In this document: one piece after another, positions 1-9,494 of the stretch | How positions within the stretch are numbered: position 1 is the stretch's first letter | Layout: the number at the start of each line of letters is the position of its first letter | Assembly: GCA_043806035.1 (NCBI GenBank) | Contig: JAZDHK010000001.1 | Location: 1-64,000, forward strand | Direction: 5' to 3' | Source of the DNA: an archaeon | GTDB taxonomy: Archaea; Nanobdellota; Nanobdellia; Woesearchaeales; UBA9642 | Length of the DNA: 64,000 nt | The notes under the pieces: generated by a model | Seen by the model: only the letters and a program-made list of their open reading frames with translations | What the model was told of the DNA's origin: nothing | Databases searched by the model: none | Program-made: the position numbers and the translations under genes

Positions 1-210
1 CATGGCGTAGTCGTCATCGACGACCGACAACAAAAACTGAAAGTCTTTACCGCCGACGTGGATGCGACAAGCCCTCCGCAGAGGGCTTGACGAGGAAGGA
101 GGCGGAACGGGGTCATAGGGGGTCGCAACCCCCTATCTCACCAGTAATCCAAAAACTCTAAAATTTTCCTTCGGAACATTGCACTAAATTTTAGGTCTTC
201 CCGTTGGTCA

Positions 211-238
211 GACGAATATAACAGCGATTATGTGCAAT
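211..238 (+). repeat. dif-like recombination site 1 (GACGAATATAA-CAGCGA-TTATGTGCAAT)
   Basis: 11+6+11 layout with TAA/TTA flanking a 6-nt spacer, as in E. coli dif; one of 4 direct-orientation copies. Confidence 0.75.
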
Positions 239-258
239 TTTTGAGAACGCTTAATTTT

Positions 259-1191
259 TTATTGGGAGACTTTGCCATTCCAAGAAGTTGTACTCAATTC
301 TGGTTTTAGCACATCAATAATTTCATCAGGATTAATTTTATACATAACATAGCTCTCTGTATGTTTATCCCATGGAAAAGATGATTCTGTTCCATTAACT
401 GAAACATGAAGATGAGTTCCATTTCTAACTGAGTCCTGTAATTTCCCTGGCAATCTTGCAGCATGTTCAGTATAGTAAATCAAATCAATTTCTGGAATTT
501 GAATCTTAAATAAATGGAGATTTTTTCCTTCTTCAGTCAATGTTCTTCCACCAAAATGTCTTCCAACGGCAATTGCTACATCCTGATGAGATGAAACCGA
601 GACTAATGGAGACCAATAATTTTCGCCATGAAAATGTCTTTCAACAACTTCATCGAAATATACGGATAATAGATTGGCTTCAAAATTTTCTATTGTAGAT
701 GACATCTCTCCAGATTTTCTTAAAAAATCAGACTCAATTCCTTCATGTCTCATTTTTTCTGCTTCTTCATCACTTAAAACCATGCCTCTCCAAACAGTTT
801 TAGAGCCGAGATATTTTTTAAATGATTCTCTTGCTGCTAAATAATCACTTTGATCTTGAGATTTTAGAAAATCTACAAATTCAGGTAAATGAGTAACAAC
901 TCCTTGATCCAAATTTAGTTGTGCTAAGTGAGGATTTTGTTGAGCAAATATTCCATGGATGGTGGTCCTTTCAGGGCTATCACCCCTCGCACTAATCACT
1001 TTTGTCCAATTCGCATCTCCATAAGCTGAACCAGAATAACTAGAAATAACTGCTTCAATTATTTCATTTCTTTTATGATTCACCGAATTTTCTAATAAAC
1101 TCGTAAGATTACTTCTATCTCCAATAATTTCAACAGCTTCATCTCTACCACGATATACTCTAAGCTTACCTAAATAAGATGTATCTACCAT
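259..1191 (-). CDS. AT-rich cassette gene, putative R-S-E type ADP-ribosyltransferase-fold protein
   Basis: 310-aa ORF; motifs VWRGM, SPLVSVSS and late ESYV occur in ART-like order; function inferred. Confidence 0.45.
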   Translation of the reverse strand: MVDTSYLGKLRVYRGRDEAVEIIGDRSNLTSLLENSVNHKRNEIIEAVISSYSGSAYGDANWTKVISARGDSPERTTIHGIFAQQNPHLAQLNLDQGVVTHLPEFVDFLKSQDQSDYLAARESFKKYLGSKTVWRGMVLSDEEAEKMRHEGIESDFLRKSGEMSSTIENFEANLLSVYFDEVVERHFHGENYWSPLVSVSSHQDVAIAVGRHFGGRTLTEEGKNLHLFKIQIPEIDLIYYTEHAARLPGKLQDSVRNGTHLHVSVNGTESSFPWDKHTESYVMYKINPDEIIDVLKPELSTTSWNGKVSQ

Positions 1192-1465
1192 ATATCAAGA
1201 TATAAAGACTTAATTTATAAATTTTGTGTTTCGTAATCACTATTGAGTGACTAATGGCTTGAAACACTAGAATTCTGCAATTCTAGGGCGTGGTGCGACT
1301 TTCTGCTCAAAAAAGGATTGCACATGGTTTTCTGGATTTTTGGCGCAATGCTCGCTTCGAGGGTCGGGGATCCGATCATCGTTTTTTTCAACAGTTTGTA
1401 AGACGCTGCTTTATTTAAATGTTGTCCTACATTTTGATAATTGGTGCGCCGCTTTTTCAAGGGTT

Positions 1466-2587
1466 TTACTGATTGTTCCGTTTTTGTAGAAGTTCTCTCT
1501 TCTTGTTTCCAGAAACAAGCCCTGCGATTGTTCTTCGACGGAGTTGTTCTCTGAAGTTGTGTGAGTTGGCGTGTTTTGCATATGCCGACCATCCTTGCAG
1601 GGAGTTCAATACGTGGTCGGCGTCGACTAGGCAGTTCTCGTATCCTTCGAGTAGGTCTGTGAGTTTGTTCTGGATTTTGTAACTGTTTCTTTTTCTGGGA
1701 AGCTTGTGATGAGAGAATATTCGATATCCTAAGAAGGAGGTTCCTCGGTGCAGTGGTGTGATGCTGCATTTTGTAGGGTGCAGATCAAGCTTGATGCCCG
1801 TCAGGAATTGCCGTATCTTCGCTTCATATTCTTTTAGCGTGCGTTCTGATTGGTGCAGTATGACGAAATCATCGACGTAACGGATGTAATATTTAACCTT
1901 GAGGTCATGCTTGACGTATTGGTCGAGCTCGTTGAGGTAGATGTTGGCGAAGAATTGACTCGTCCAATTCCCAAGAGGCATACCTTTGCCAGTTTCTTTG
2001 CTTTCGTAATTGTCAAGTATCTTCTTGACGAGCCACAAGACATCATCGTCCTGGATGCGCCGTGCGATTATGCTCAATAGAACGTTGTGGTCGACTCTTT
2101 CGAAATAATGGCAGATGTCTGCTTTGAATACGTAGCCACGAATCACGTCGGTAGTTTGTCCGCTATCGGTTAAGAAGGTCATTGTTCTTTTACCATTCAG
2201 GGTCAGTTGTTTCTTGAATTGGTCGAACCGTAGTATAGCTGGTAGTGTTCCTTTGCCTTTTCTGCTAGCAAAACTATCCTAAATGAATCTTGGCTCGAAG
2301 ACGGGCTGAAGCACATTGATGAGAGCGTGGTGAATTACGCGGTCACGAAAATCGCTTACGCATATCGTTCTTGTTTTCGGGTCTCGCAGGATGAACGTCT
2401 TTAAGGGTCGTGGCCTGTATGTCTTATTCCTAAGTTCAAGACGAAGGTAAGCGAGTTCCATGACGTAACTTTTGGAGAATTCCTTAACTGAGGTCTTGTT
2501 GGCTTTGTGCAGTTGGGCTTTGAAATATGCTATGTTAAGGTTTTCCCATGAGCAAAGCTGCTCGTAGAGCCGTCGGTATGTCTTCAT
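1466..2587 (-). pseudogene. DGR reverse transcriptase interrupted by one in-frame TAG (2279-2281)
   Basis: MKTY start; PKTRTICVSDFRDRVIHHAL, FI*DSFASRKGKGT, KADICHYF, GMPLGNWTSQFFANIYL, YIRYVDDF; both track ORFs are in one frame. Confidence 0.9.
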
Positions 2588-2638
2588 GATCTTTCGGGAA
2601 TAACCTTGCTCATTCAGTATAATGTCCCTGCCCGTGGC

Positions 2639-2729
2639 CATTCCACGAGCACGCCTGTTGTTGTTGCATTTGTTGTTGGCATTGAGGTTGTTGTTGTAGT
2701 TGTTGTCGTTGCCAAGCCCGACCAAGCGG
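2639..2729 (-). repeat. DGR template repeat (TR)
   Basis: AAC-rich 91-nt copy of VR just upstream of the RT; 17 of 18 substitutions versus VR are at TR adenines. Confidence 0.95.
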
Positions 2730-2988
2730 CCGTTGTAGCCCAGTCACCGTCGAATGCTCACCATCACTTCAGGACGTTCCTTGCGTACTTGTTGTCGTGA
2801 TTGTATTTCATACCAATGCCCACAGACGACTCTATCGTCTAGTGTTGAGGTCTCTTGGCGTGATGACGGGGCGTGTGGTCTCACTCCCTTCGGCACAATA
2901 ACACGTGCCAAATGATGAAGGCAGGGACAACAAACCCGTATCCTTCCCGTTCATATATTTATCCAATTTTTAGATGCAGTGCCGAGAA

Positions 2989-5900
2989 TCAGGTTCTGTA
3001 GAATTCTCTGTACGTGTAGTTGTAGGGTGAATAGGAGAACTGGTATTCTCGGGAAAGGGTTATCTTGTCTTTTTCCTTGAACCTGTTCGCAATCACACCC
3101 TGGATGCTTCCTCTGTTGCTGTGGATGGTTGTTTGTACAGGTATGAGAACGTCGGAGCACTTCATCTTTTTAGCGATGACCTTAGCGGCCTGCACAATCT
3201 TATCAAATATTTGTTCTGGGCTAGTCTGGCTCAGGATACTCGATGCTGGCTGTACAGACAAGACTAAATGTTTCTTGCCTGCTTCGTCTATGAATCGCAG
3301 GATCGCTCCGCCGTGAGCGTTCTTGTCATCATCGAAAATCATGAGCTGCCAGAAATTCTTGTCATTCCACAACTGCTCATCAGGAGCAACGCACACACCC
3401 ATGTTATACATGGCAAGGCAGTGAGTCTTCTTTTTTGAGAGGAGCAGGTGGTATTTTTTACCTCCGCCGATTCTCGCTGATTTCTTGAATTCGTACTTGC
3501 TCATCTCTTCTTGCATCTTCGCATAGTTATCTCCATAAAGTTCTGCGAAAATTCTGGCAATCAGCCCTTTCTCTATCACGTTCGGCTTCATCCCTGACAG
3601 CCATGCGTTAATTTGTGCAACGTCCATGCCTCTGATTGCACGTGTGTTGTCGACGGCGAACCCATTCTGTACCAGAATTCTCAAGGCGATTTCATCCTTA
3701 CGTTCGTCAGGCTGAGGAGAAATCATCACGCCAAAAATCTGCTTCGCGAGTCCCTTGAAGTCGATCTTTTTCCTTCCTAGCGCAGTCATCTGCAAGTCAT
3801 AAAATCGTTCTGGCTTCTGTTTCAATGATTCCTGCAATATGCTAAAGACAAGATCATTTGCAACCCGATCGCCAATGAATTCCTTGTACTTCATGAGGGT
3901 CTGATGCTCAAGGCGGAATTCAGGCAAGCTCTCACCCTTATTCAAGCTATGTTGATAGACACCAAATATAAAGTATTGTCGCTGCTGCTTGAGCGAGTTC
4001 TTGATGAGGGCATCCATCATCTGGAAACCGAACGTTGCCACATCAAAGGCTTTTCGCTCCTTGATTTGCTGCGCAGCGTCGATGATGAGCTTCCACGCTT
4101 CCGAATCTACCTCTTGCTCCTTGTTCTTGAGCACAAAACTACCCCTACTCAGCTGAATGCTAATCGGTTTAGAGAGAGCGGCGGGAATGTCTGCTTGCCT
4201 ATCCTGGCGTTCAGACCAGGTGTGTTCATAGTTTTGCTTATCGACCGTCATGTCGTGGCACGCATAGACAAAGTACAAAACGGACATGAGCATCCTATCA
4301 TCATACCTCTTGCTCAGTGCTCCTTCATAGATGTCATTCTTCATCTGACGAACATCCTTAAAGAGAAGGAAGATACGCTCATCTCTTGTGTTGGCGTCGC
4401 TTGTTGTGTAGATTTCCTTGAACGCAGGATACAACGCCAATATGTAGGCGGGCGCATTCTCCAAGAAGACCTTGATAATCTCAGCATCCTTACTTATCGG
4501 CGAGGGGATGACTCTCTGGTCGAGCCCTGCGATCAGAATATCTTGTAAGATGGTGTTGGCTTTGGTCAGATACGTCTTGCTGATATGCTTGATGAGCTCC
4601 AGATCATTCTTACCTTGGATGCCCTGTTGGTCGTAGATTCTCTTTGTCGATTCGAGTATCTGGAACGTTGCTACCGTCTGCGACTTCGCAACAGGGATGA
4701 GAAAATCATCGAAAACAGACAAGCCAAACTGTATTATCAGTGAATTAAGTCTTTCGAGTGCGCTCATCGTCTGGTCTTCTGTCCCCTCGCAGCATTCGAT
4801 GAATTCAACAAACTTCTCTGCTATTTCATGAATCTGGTCAGGTTTTTCTATCAGATGTTTTAGTAATGGAATGCCTGAACTGAAGAGATGCTTGACACTT
4901 TCAGGAGAACTCTTCGAGAGCTTTTCAGATAATGCAATGCATATCTCGCAAATGAGCGACAGGTCTTCTTCCTTATTGATGAACCCGATAAGGGCAGCCA
5001 GACTGGCATAAAACAAGTGATGCGCCTTCGCAGGTAGCCTACGCTCTTTCTCCTCAAAAAACGCAACCAACCGCCCCACGTCGTGCATGATTCCAAGTTT
5101 CCGATAAATCACTAACCCTATATAAGGCACAAGCAAACCTTGATTTCCTGTGGAAAAAATTTTTTGCACCCCACGAGCGCGCCAGTCGTAGTCGCAATAG
5201 CTGTAGGCAATGAGGTAGTCGTTGTAGCGGTCGCCGCCAAGCCCGACCAAGCGGATCAATGCTTGTCCTACTCGCACGTTGCAATCTGACTTTTTTACTG
5301 TCCACGCACGTAAGTCTCGGTTAAGTTGTTTCTTCATGAAGTCAGCATATGCTTGTGCCTTGTTGCCAAGGATGCATTTGGCAACGTCCAGAACATCAGT
5401 TCTTTCGTTCTGGTCAGTCACTTTGATGATGCGACCAGTCTGCTTTGCCCTCGCGATGGCATTTCTTATCATTGATGTATTTGCATCAACCACCCACTTA
5501 TTTCCTGCGTCGTAGCCTTCCTTCGTCCTGAGCAACAAGATGTTCTCTATCGGGTCGTCATCGAACGCAACAAAATATTCCTTTCCATCAGTGAAATAGA
5601 TGGCAACAGTTCTTGTGTTGTAATAATAATCAAAGTCTCCCTTGCCCTTCATCATACGATAATTGACGGCTTCTCGTGCTGACTGCAAGACTCCGCCATT
5701 CTCGAACGTGAACTTGACGCAATCAGGCATAGCGATATTCTTGCTTGATATTTCCGTGTATTCCTCAACTGGAGGGTCACGCGTGGAGAAACCCTCACTA
5801 AGTGTAGTGTGAATATGTCGTAGCTGTTCTATGAAATCAGTCAACGCTTTCTCTTTCTGGTTAATCTCATGGATGTTTACGACGGTAAGCTCTTTTTTCA

Positions 5901-6144
5901 GCGCGTCCATGTCGTTCTGATTGTGTTTCTCGTAGAACGCCAGTAGATGTTTGTAGATATCCTCAAGTTCAGTAATCTTCAACAATGCGGCTTGATTGCC
6001 CTTGAAATCTTTAGCCAAATTCTCCAAATGACGAATAAGCTTATCGAGCTGTTTCAGCCGAGCATCATCATACCAGTGGATACCAATCTCCTCATCAAGC
6101 GGGAACACGTCCACCTTCTTGTCAAACCAGTCGAAAAGGCCCAT
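2989..6144 (-). CDS. DGR target protein (1051 aa) with internal variable region
   Basis: Uninterrupted ORF containing VR at about aa 297-326 (RLVGLGGDRYNDYLIAYSYCDYDWRARGV). Confidence 0.9.
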   Translation of the reverse strand: MGLFDWFDKKVDVFPLDEEIGIHWYDDARLKQLDKLIRHLENLAKDFKGNQAALLKITELEDIYKHLLAFYEKHNQNDMDALKKELTVVNIHEINQKEKALTDFIEQLRHIHTTLSEGFSTRDPPVEEYTEISSKNIAMPDCVKFTFENGGVLQSAREAVNYRMMKGKGDFDYYYNTRTVAIYFTDGKEYFVAFDDDPIENILLLRTKEGYDAGNKWVVDANTSMIRNAIARAKQTGRIIKVTDQNERTDVLDVAKCILGNKAQAYADFMKKQLNRDLRAWTVKKSDCNVRVGQALIRLVGLGGDRYNDYLIAYSYCDYDWRARGVQKIFSTGNQGLLVPYIGLVIYRKLGIMHDVGRLVAFFEEKERRLPAKAHHLFYASLAALIGFINKEEDLSLICEICIALSEKLSKSSPESVKHLFSSGIPLLKHLIEKPDQIHEIAEKFVEFIECCEGTEDQTMSALERLNSLIIQFGLSVFDDFLIPVAKSQTVATFQILESTKRIYDQQGIQGKNDLELIKHISKTYLTKANTILQDILIAGLDQRVIPSPISKDAEIIKVFLENAPAYILALYPAFKEIYTTSDANTRDERIFLLFKDVRQMKNDIYEGALSKRYDDRMLMSVLYFVYACHDMTVDKQNYEHTWSERQDRQADIPAALSKPISIQLSRGSFVLKNKEQEVDSEAWKLIIDAAQQIKERKAFDVATFGFQMMDALIKNSLKQQRQYFIFGVYQHSLNKGESLPEFRLEHQTLMKYKEFIGDRVANDLVFSILQESLKQKPERFYDLQMTALGRKKIDFKGLAKQIFGVMISPQPDERKDEIALRILVQNGFAVDNTRAIRGMDVAQINAWLSGMKPNVIEKGLIARIFAELYGDNYAKMQEEMSKYEFKKSARIGGGKKYHLLLSKKKTHCLAMYNMGVCVAPDEQLWNDKNFWQLMIFDDDKNAHGGAILRFIDEAGKKHLVLSVQPASSILSQTSPEQIFDKIVQAAKVIAKKMKCSDVLIPVQTTIHSNRGSIQGVIANRFKEKDKITLSREYQFSYSPYNYTYREFYRT
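5167..5254 (-). repeat. DGR variable repeat (VR)
   Basis: 88-nt match to TR with adenine-specific substitutions and a one-codon deletion. Confidence 0.95.
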
Positions 6145-6257
6145 CTATTGCTACCTCTACTCTGACCCGTCCTTTGGCTTGAGGATTTATAAAGAATTCG
6201 ACCTAGCGGGAGGAAAAAAGAGCGAGCTTTAAATATGGAAACGACTTGTGCGTGTAC

Positions 6258-7580
6258 ATGGACGCTGAGCAAGTGAAGATTCTGCTGAAGGAGCGAGAGA
6301 ATCTCACGCTCGAATTCAAGGAACGCTACACAGCGAAGATGGATGAAGATATCGTCGCATTCTCGAACACAAAAGGCGGCGTCATCATTCTTGGCGTCAA
6401 AGACAACGGAACAGTCGTCGGCGAACAGCTCACAAACGACATGAAAGCAAAAATAAACAGCCTGGCTAAGAATTGCGAGCCAAGTATTAGTGTGCAACTA
6501 TCCCAAGCAGCAAATGTAGTCATCATAGAAGTGAACGAAGGAATGCAAAGACCTTATCGCTGCGGTACGGGATACTTCCGAAGGCTCGACGGCAGTACCC
6601 AAAAGATGACCAATGAAGAGCTGCGTATCATGTTTGGCGAAAACGAACCCCTGTCTTTTGAGGAGAGAACAAGCAACTGCACTATCGACGACATTTCTGA
6701 TGACAAGGTGAAGAAATTTCTGCAAGAAGCAAAAGTAAGCATCACTGATCAGAGCACGGCGGACATCCTCACGAGCACCAACGTCCTCAAAAGTAGCAAG
6801 ATTAACAATGCAGGCATCCTGCTCTTCTCCAAAAACGTCAAGAAGTTCCTGCCGCAGGCCAAGATGACGCTGCTCTGGTTCAAAGGAACAACAAAAAGCA
6901 TCATCCTCGACAGGCAGGACGTAGAGGACGATTTGCTCACTCAATTCGAGCAAGCCATCTTCTTCATCAAGAAACACTTGAACGTCAAAAGTGTCATCGA
7001 AGGCACGGACAGGACGGAAATCTACGACATTCCTCAAGCGGTGTGGCGTGAGGCCACAGCCAACGCCATCATCCACCGAGACTACGCAAGGACAGGCACG
7101 AACATCTCTGTCGAAGTATACGATGACCGACTGCTAATATCCAGCCCTGGCGGACTGCCCAAAGGGCTGAGCAAGAAGGAATTCGGCAAGATTAGCATAA
7201 GGCGCAACGAGCTTATCGCAGATTTCTTCTATCGCATGGGCAAAGTCGAACGCGCAGGTACAGGCATCCAGCGCATGAAAGACAAGATGAAAGAAGCAGG
7301 ACTCCCAGAGCCATCCTTCGAGGTCGAGAACTTCTTCATCGTCACCATGCAACGCACACAAGAAGGCATCAAACCAAAAAGTGAGACGTTAACACCCAAG
7401 CAAGAGCAGATACTCGCACTGCTCAAAGAGAACCCATCACTCACACAAGCGAAACTCGCAGAAAAATTAGGCGATACGCAACGACATATTCAGCGCATCA
7501 TAGTCGAGCTAAAAAAGAGGGATTTTATTGAGCATACGGGTTCTAAGAAAGCAGGTCAGTGGGTAGTTAAAAAAAGTTAA
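6258..7580 (+). CDS. AlbA_2/Schlafen + HATPase_c_4 + HTH protein (RecG-like-C regulator family)
   Basis: ENLTLEFKE, IVAFSNTKGGVIILGVKD, REATANAIIHRDY, VERAGTGIQRM, C-terminal HTH. Confidence 0.88.
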   Translation: MDAEQVKILLKERENLTLEFKERYTAKMDEDIVAFSNTKGGVIILGVKDNGTVVGEQLTNDMKAKINSLAKNCEPSISVQLSQAANVVIIEVNEGMQRPYRCGTGYFRRLDGSTQKMTNEELRIMFGENEPLSFEERTSNCTIDDISDDKVKKFLQEAKVSITDQSTADILTSTNVLKSSKINNAGILLFSKNVKKFLPQAKMTLLWFKGTTKSIILDRQDVEDDLLTQFEQAIFFIKKHLNVKSVIEGTDRTEIYDIPQAVWREATANAIIHRDYARTGTNISVEVYDDRLLISSPGGLPKGLSKKEFGKISIRRNELIADFFYRMGKVERAGTGIQRMKDKMKEAGLPEPSFEVENFFIVTMQRTQEGIKPKSETLTPKQEQILALLKENPSLTQAKLAEKLGDTQRHIQRIIVELKKRDFIEHTGSKKAGQWVVKKS

Positions 7581-7686
7581 TAGGACATAAAAATGTCCTA
7601 TTAAATGTCCTATTAAATGTTGAGAAAAAGCCGTTCTGACGGCTTAAAACGCCATTATTCTTAGAGTTGTACCCAAAAATGGGTAC

Positions 7687-9325
7687 GAGGCTGTCCGACA
7701 ATCAACTTTTTTGTTGCATTGTCGGAGAGAAAAAGTCTTTCGTCTTTAAGCTGCTCTCCTTAGGCGGTTGTTGATGAGAACGATGTTGTGGGAGATGCAG
7801 GCAAGGGAGAATTCTGTGGCCACGTTCTTGTGGGTTCTGAGCAAAAAATGGGTGAACTGCCTGTTGTGTTTTATATCGCCAATGCTGCGCTCGACTGTTT
7901 GTTTTCGCAGATCATACACTGCCCGTCCTTGCGTGGTGCGCAGTTTTGTACGCATGCGATTGAAGAGCTTGTCATGTTCACCGACGCTGATTTTCTTGCG
8001 TCTTTGGTCTTTGCAGCATGCTGCAAAGTGCACGCAATGCTTGCAGTCACGAACACGAGAAATGTATGTGGTGCGATGCTGGTGTGATTGGCCGTCAAGA
8101 TACGTGCCACGATTTCGGAGCGGAATGTTCATCGGGCACACGTACACGTCCTGCTGCTCATCATAGGTAAAATCAGCACGACCAAAGTTCAAGTGATCAG
8201 TTTCCTTTTGATCAGAGCAGGTCACGGGAATGTACAAATCAAAGCCGTGCTGTTCGAGCGCCGCCATTTCTTCTCCGTTCTGGTAACCCTTATCTGCGCT
8301 GATTTTCGTCCCTGCGGGCAGTGCGCCGAATGTGTCTTCAACACAACGAATGTTGAATCGTAACTGTCCTCGGTCAACGCTTTTAGCAATTACCTCGCCT
8401 GAGATAATCATGCCTGTCTTGTCCGTGACGAGCTGGGCGTTGTAGCCCAGCTCAAATCGTCCTTTTTTGCTTATCATGAAGCGACTATCAGCGTCGGTGA
8501 AACTGAACTTGGTGAGCTGCTTGTCGTGCATGGATTGTTTGGCGTGTTCGAGTGCTGCTTTGATGGCTTGTGTTTTCTCTGGCTTGCCTTGCTGGATTGC
8601 AGTATTGATTTCTTTGACAATTTTTCTCACGATCGGTCTGCGCTTTTCTGAGTCGCTAAGGTCTTTGGGCATCTCGTGCAGTCCACGATTGCCTAACAGC
8701 GCGTCCTCTTCCTCATCCGTGCGTATGCCTTCTTCGATTACTTGGTCAATGTACTTTTGCAGTTTGTCAATTGTGGCCTTGTCAATAACTTTCTCGTCGT
8801 TGGCGCACGCCTTGATGACTGTCCCATCAATCATCAACTGGCTCAAGTCAACAAGACCGTGCTTGAGTGCAAACAAATTCAACTGCTTGAACACCTCCTT
8901 GACCAAGGAGGTGTTGTTCTTGCGAAAATCACTAATCGTGCGAAAGTCAGGACTGGTCTTCTCAGCCAGGTAAATGTACACGACGTTCTCGTGAGCGTTC
9001 TTGGCTATTCGTCGTGAGCTGCGCAGGCCATCAACATAGCCCATCAAGAGCAGCTTGAGCAAAATCCGAGGATGGTACGCAGGATGGCCTGCGCCCGCAA
9101 ACTGCTCATCAAATGACGAATAGTTAAGTTCGTCAGTTATTTGCTCAAGCAAATAACACACGTGATTCTGCGAGAACAGGTCGGTGATGTTGGGTGGAAG
9201 AAGGTAGTTTTGGTTGCGAAAACTCTGCACATACGCCATGAAAAGCACCTCATTTTGTCGTCGACAAAAACAGCTTTTCTCGAGGAGAACAACTATTAAA
9301 ACCTATCGAATTATCGGACAGCCTC
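7687..9325 (-). mobile_element. IS1182-family insertion sequence (1639 bp)
   Basis: Terminal inverted repeats GAGGCTGTCCGACAAT (7687-7702) and ATTATCGGACAGCCTC (9310-9325), 15/16 match, enclosing the transposase. Confidence 0.9.
7746..9239 (-). CDS. IS1182-family DDE transposase
   Basis: GHPAYHPRILLKLLL, SSRRIA, PDFRTISDFR, IDGTVIKA, GYNAQ, ADKGY, RKQTVERSIG. Confidence 0.93.
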   Translation of the reverse strand: MAYVQSFRNQNYLLPPNITDLFSQNHVCYLLEQITDELNYSSFDEQFAGAGHPAYHPRILLKLLLMGYVDGLRSSRRIAKNAHENVVYIYLAEKTSPDFRTISDFRKNNTSLVKEVFKQLNLFALKHGLVDLSQLMIDGTVIKACANDEKVIDKATIDKLQKYIDQVIEEGIRTDEEEDALLGNRGLHEMPKDLSDSEKRRPIVRKIVKEINTAIQQGKPEKTQAIKAALEHAKQSMHDKQLTKFSFTDADSRFMISKKGRFELGYNAQLVTDKTGMIISGEVIAKSVDRGQLRFNIRCVEDTFGALPAGTKISADKGYQNGEEMAALEQHGFDLYIPVTCSDQKETDHLNFGRADFTYDEQQDVYVCPMNIPLRNRGTYLDGQSHQHRTTYISRVRDCKHCVHFAACCKDQRRKKISVGEHDKLFNRMRTKLRTTQGRAVYDLRKQTVERSIGDIKHNRQFTHFLLRTHKNVATEFSLACISHNIVLINNRLRRAA

Positions 9326-9494
9326 GGACCCTTTTTTGTGTCCTGACTATTTAAATACTTGCACGAACATTATTGGGTATGAGACAACCCATATTCTTGT
9401 CAAGAATTTGTCAAGTCAACTCACTCGATATTTCAAAAGTGTATCACATAATCGGACATAATGTAATAAATCATGGAAACTATGAAGTTATGAG

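Noticed and set aside
1251-1769. 172-aa ORF overlapping the RT end, as a possible Avd
   Set aside because: Alternative frame of the RT with no Avd-like features
2279-2281. TAG recoding (alternative code or pyrrolysine)
   Set aside because: TAG ends normal genes here, such as the histone and ispH, and I saw no other in-frame TAG in conserved genes
1466-2587. Group II intron or retron RT
   Set aside because: The GNWTSQ motif, short length and an adenine-specific TR/VR pair identify a DGR
2588-2725. Asn-rich N-terminal extension of the RT in the ORF track
   Set aside because: It is the TR read in frame; the RT most plausibly starts at MKTY (2587)
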